From contig CAWJKT010000029.1 in the NCBI GenBank assembly GCA_963843375.1, forward strand, positions 13,710-77,709: DNA of 64,000 nt, given 5' to 3'. The notes under the pieces are model-generated. The model made no database searches and was not told the DNA's origin. It worked only from the letters and a program-made list of their open reading frames with translations. Of this stretch, positions 60,578 to 64,000 are shown in pieces (within the stretch, counting starts at the first letter, position 1; each line of letters starts with the position of its first letter). The stretch comes from an uncultured Pseudomonadota bacterium (GTDB lineage: Bacteria; Oederibacteriota; Muellerivitia; Muellerivitales; Muellerivitaceae). The position numbers and the translations under genes are program-made.

Positions 60578-63079
60578 ATGAAAGCTGTCATCATGGCCGG
60601 CGGGTTTGGTACCCGCATGCGCCCTCTTACGATCAATCTTCCTAAACCCATGATTCCCATGGTTAACCGGCCCATTCTGGAACTCATCGTGGATCTACTA
60701 AAAAAACACAAACTCACCGATCTGATCGGGGTCGTTTTCTATCAACCGGAAGTCATCACGGAGTATTTTCATGAGGGCACCGAATTTGGCGTACAGATGC
60801 AATACAAAGCCGCTGAAAGTGACCTGGGAACCGCCGGATCGGTCAAGAACTGCCAATCCCTGATCGGTAAGGAAAGGTTCGTAGTCATCTCCGGGGACGT
60901 ACTTACTGATTTCGATTTGACCGCCGCCATCAAGTTCCACGAACAAAACAAAGCCAAGGCCACCATGATTCTGACCCGGGTGGAAAACCCCCTGGCTTTC
61001 GGCGTGGTCATCACCGGCAAGGATGGCAAGATCGAGCGCTTCCTTGAAAAACCCACCTGGGGCGAAGTATTTTCCGACACGGTTAATACTGGAATTTATA
61101 TCCTGGAGCCCGAAGTTCTCGACCTGATTCCTGAAAAAACAGAGTTCGATTTTTCAAAAAATCTTTTTCCCCACATGCTCAAGGAAGGCATGTCGCTTTA
61201 CGGTTACATCGCTCAAGGCTATTGGGCGGACATCGGCAACCTGGACCAATACCGCATCGCACACCAGGATATTTTCGCGGGCAAGGTCGAAGTCAATATT
61301 CCAGGTTCCCGGCAAAACAAGGTCGGCAAAGAAATTTGGTCCGGTAAAGGTTCTTATATCGATCCGACGGCCCAGCTTTCCGGGACGGTCGTTATCGGCG
61401 ACAACTGTAACATTGGCAAGAATGCCAAGGTGACCAACTCAGTTCTTGGCGATGGCTGCCAGGTGGAAGAAGGGGCGGTTTTGATTAACGCCACCCTTTG
61501 GCGAAACGTTTTGATTGGCGCCGAAGCGCAAGTGAGGGAATGCGTTATCGCTTCTGGCACGGATGTTCAGGAAAAGGCTAGCATCTTCGAGGGCGCCATT
61601 GTTTCGGATAACTGCACTATCGGCAAAGAAGCCGTCATCAAGGCAGGAGTTAAAGTTTGGCCCAATAAAGTGGTGGAGGACGGGGCACAGCTTTCCACTT
61701 CGCTCGTTTGGGGTGACAAGTGGGCTCGTTCCATTTTCGGGCAGCATGGTGTCACGGGCATGGCGGGTATCGACATCACACCGGAATTCGCAGCAAAGTT
61801 GGGGGCGGCCTATGGGGCTTCGCTACCGAAGGGTTCGACGGTATTGACGGCCCGAGACATCCACAAGACCAGCCGCATGATCAACCGAGCCTTGATTTCC
61901 GGAATCCTTTCTTCGGGCGTGAACGTGCATGACCTTCAAGAAATGCCGATCTCAGTATCCCGTTATGCGGTGCCGAAACTTTCCGATGCGGGCGGGCTTC
62001 ACACGCGCAAAAGCCCCTTTGATAAACAGTTCGTCGACATAAAGTTTTTTGAAGGGCGAGGGTTGGCCCTTTCCTCCGGGAAAGAAAAGGGCATCGAGAA
62101 CCTTTTTTACCGCGAGGATTTTCGCCGAGCCACCATGGAAGAAACGGGAGAATTGGTTTTTCCTCATCGCATGCTGGAGTTCTACCACCAAGGTTTCCTG
62201 GACGCGCTCAACACCAAGTCGATTACCCAGTACAAGCCCAAAGTGATCATCGATTACGCCTTCTCGGCGGCGGCTCCGATTTTCCCCTTGCTTTTGGGAA
62301 AACTTGGTTGCGAGGTCGTGGCTTTGAACGCTTATATGGACGAAACCAAACTCACCAAAACGCCCGAAGAATTTCAAGCCGCCCTCAAACAACTTTCGGA
62401 TATCGTGCCTACACTGAAAGCTAATTTCGGGGTTTTGTTTGACGCCGGGGCGGAAAAGATTTTTGTGGTGGACGAGAAAGGGCATCTGTTGGACGGAACG
62501 GAATTATTAGCCCTTTTCTCCCTTTATACCTACCGTCATCACAAAGGGGCCAAAACAGTGGTTCCGGTAAACGGCTCCCATATCCTGGACGACTTGGCCA
62601 AGAGCAACGGCGGAAAACTTCAAAGGACCCGAATCAGTTATTATTCTCTCATGGAAGCCGCCACCCAAAAGGACGTGGCTTTCGTCGGAGAAGCGGACGG
62701 GGGCTTTATTTTCCCGGCTTTTGCCCCTTTTATGGACGCCATGATGTCGACCGCGAAATTGATGGAATTTATCGCCCTGGAAGGCAAGCCGATTTCTCAT
62801 TACCTTGAGCAAATCCCCAAGAAGATCCAGGTGAGCCAAAAGGTGCCCTGTTCCTGGGAAATGAAGGGAACAATCATGCGTCATCTGATTGAGGATACTG
62901 CCAATGAAAAGCGGGACCTGATTGACGGGGTCAAAATCAATCAGAACGGTTCTTCGATCATGATCCTTCCCGACGCGGATATGGCGATCTTTCATGTAAC
63001 GGCTGAAGCCGAAAACGAGAAGAAAGCTCACGAATTGGTCACCACCTACGTGGACAAGATCAAGAAGTGGCAGGGTTAA
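60578..63079 (+). CDS. Mannose-1-phosphate guanylyltransferase / phosphomannomutase-like fusion
   Basis: MAGGFGTRMRPLT..PKP, hexapeptide repeats, PGM/PMM-like C-terminal half. Confidence 0.9.
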   Translation: MKAVIMAGGFGTRMRPLTINLPKPMIPMVNRPILELIVDLLKKHKLTDLIGVVFYQPEVITEYFHEGTEFGVQMQYKAAESDLGTAGSVKNCQSLIGKERFVVISGDVLTDFDLTAAIKFHEQNKAKATMILTRVENPLAFGVVITGKDGKIERFLEKPTWGEVFSDTVNTGIYILEPEVLDLIPEKTEFDFSKNLFPHMLKEGMSLYGYIAQGYWADIGNLDQYRIAHQDIFAGKVEVNIPGSRQNKVGKEIWSGKGSYIDPTAQLSGTVVIGDNCNIGKNAKVTNSVLGDGCQVEEGAVLINATLWRNVLIGAEAQVRECVIASGTDVQEKASIFEGAIVSDNCTIGKEAVIKAGVKVWPNKVVEDGAQLSTSLVWGDKWARSIFGQHGVTGMAGIDITPEFAAKLGAAYGASLPKGSTVLTARDIHKTSRMINRALISGILSSGVNVHDLQEMPISVSRYAVPKLSDAGGLHTRKSPFDKQFVDIKFFEGRGLALSSGKEKGIENLFYREDFRRATMEETGELVFPHRMLEFYHQGFLDALNTKSITQYKPKVIIDYAFSAAAPIFPLLLGKLGCEVVALNAYMDETKLTKTPEEFQAALKQLSDIVPTLKANFGVLFDAGAEKIFVVDEKGHLLDGTELLALFSLYTYRHHKGAKTVVPVNGSHILDDLAKSNGGKLQRTRISYYSLMEAATQKDVAFVGEADGGFIFPAFAPFMDAMMSTAKLMEFIALEGKPISHYLEQIPKKIQVSQKVPCSWEMKGTIMRHLIEDTANEKRDLIDGVKINQNGSSIMILPDADMAIFHVTAEAENEKKAHELVTTYVDKIKKWQG

Positions 63080-63154
63080 TTAAAGCTACTTTAAGTTTTG
63101 ATTAATAAAGCTAATTAGTGCCGGTCTGAATCCCGTTTTCTTACTATTGATAAC

Positions 63155-64000
63155 CTAATCTTGTTGGGATCGCGCTTGTCGCAAGACATCCAAGAAAACG
63201 GCTCCGTAGCGCTTCAACTTGGTTTCCCCCACGCCCGATATCTGGGCGAATTCGTTTAAGGTTGTGGGGCGGCGGGACACCATTTCGCGCAGGGTGCTGT
63301 CGTGAAAGACCACATAAGCGGGAAGGTTTTGTTCTTGGGCTAGGGTTGCCCGTAAACTGCGTAAAGCCTCGAAAAGGGAAGATTCCTGGCCGTCCAAAAG
63401 AACCGGTGGCTTTGGGATGGATTTGTCTTTGCGAGAATGCTTTTCAATCTTGCGGGCTGGCGGGTCTTCCCTTAGCCAGACCTTTTGGCCTTCCTTTAAC
63501 ACCGCCCAGGATTTCGGGTTTAGTTTGAAAGTTCCGTAGCCTTCCAAATCCACTTCGAGATAATCCGCCGCAACCAATTGGCGGAATACTGAATCCCACT
63601 TTCTTTTTTCAAATTCCTTGCCTACGCCGAATACACTTAACTGAGTATGTCCATTCTGGGTGGCTTTTTCCGTTTCATTGCCCAAGAGAACATCAATCAC
63701 ATGGCCCGCCCCGAACCGCTGGCCGGTGCGGTAAACGCAGGAAAGGGCCTTTTGGGTGGCGATCGTCGCATCCCAGGTCTTGGGCGGTTGAAGGCAGTTA
63801 TCACAACCGGAGCAATTTCCACGATGTTCTTCGCCAAAATAAGACAGGATCGACTGGCGGCGGCAACTGACCGTTTCGCAAAGGCCCAACATGGCGTTCA
63901 GTTTTTGAACGCCAAGGCGTTTGTAAGACTCCGCCCCTTCGCCGCCCTCAATCATCCGCCGGATTTTCACAACGTCGTCCAGGGAATAGGCCATCCAGGC
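63155..64000 (-). CDS. recQ: DNA helicase RecQ, C-terminal part
   Basis: CRRQSILSYFGE...CSGCDNC, RQC domain (TGQRFG), HRDC domain (PAYVVFHD). Confidence 0.95.
   Translation of the reverse strand, partial: AWMAYSLDDVVKIRRMIEGGEGAESYKRLGVQKLNAMLGLCETVSCRRQSILSYFGEEHRGNCSGCDNCLQPPKTWDATIATQKALSCVYRTGQRFGAGHVIDVLLGNETEKATQNGHTQLSVFGVGKEFEKRKWDSVFRQLVAADYLEVDLEGYGTFKLNPKSWAVLKEGQKVWLREDPPARKIEKHSRKDKSIPKPPVLLDGQESSLFEALRSLRATLAQEQNLPAYVVFHDSTLREMVSRRPTTLNEFAQISGVGETKLKRYGAVFLDVLRQARSQQD

Overview
Bacterial chromosomal window from a diderm (it encodes TolC, beta-barrel porins and DsbD). About 1-35 kb is a potassium-homeostasis island: a divergent partial kdpD, a truncated PII gene and three small membrane peptides leading kdpFABC, three paralogous beta-barrel porins interleaved with two kdpE copies, a second kdpD, three tandem PII genes, an HTH-DUF1232/TolC/MFP/RND operon, and two APC K+-transporter-like genes each behind a c-di-AMP (ydaO/yuaA) riboswitch. 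The rest holds cusB/cusA, two Thr/Pro-linker secreted proteins, an APC permease-PII fusion, amtB-glnK, and housekeeping genes (gpx, htpX, dsbD, mrp, NTP-transferase/phosphomannomutase, recQ). Recurring non-coding motifs are an 11-bp-periodic CTAAC repeat, three sigma54 promoters, and a TGTATTTAGATACA operator shared by two nitrogen genes. The best candidate for a new system is a K+/nitrogen circuit linking KdpDE, c-di-AMP, sigma54 and six divergent PII domains. All calls were made by eye from motifs; no database searches were run.
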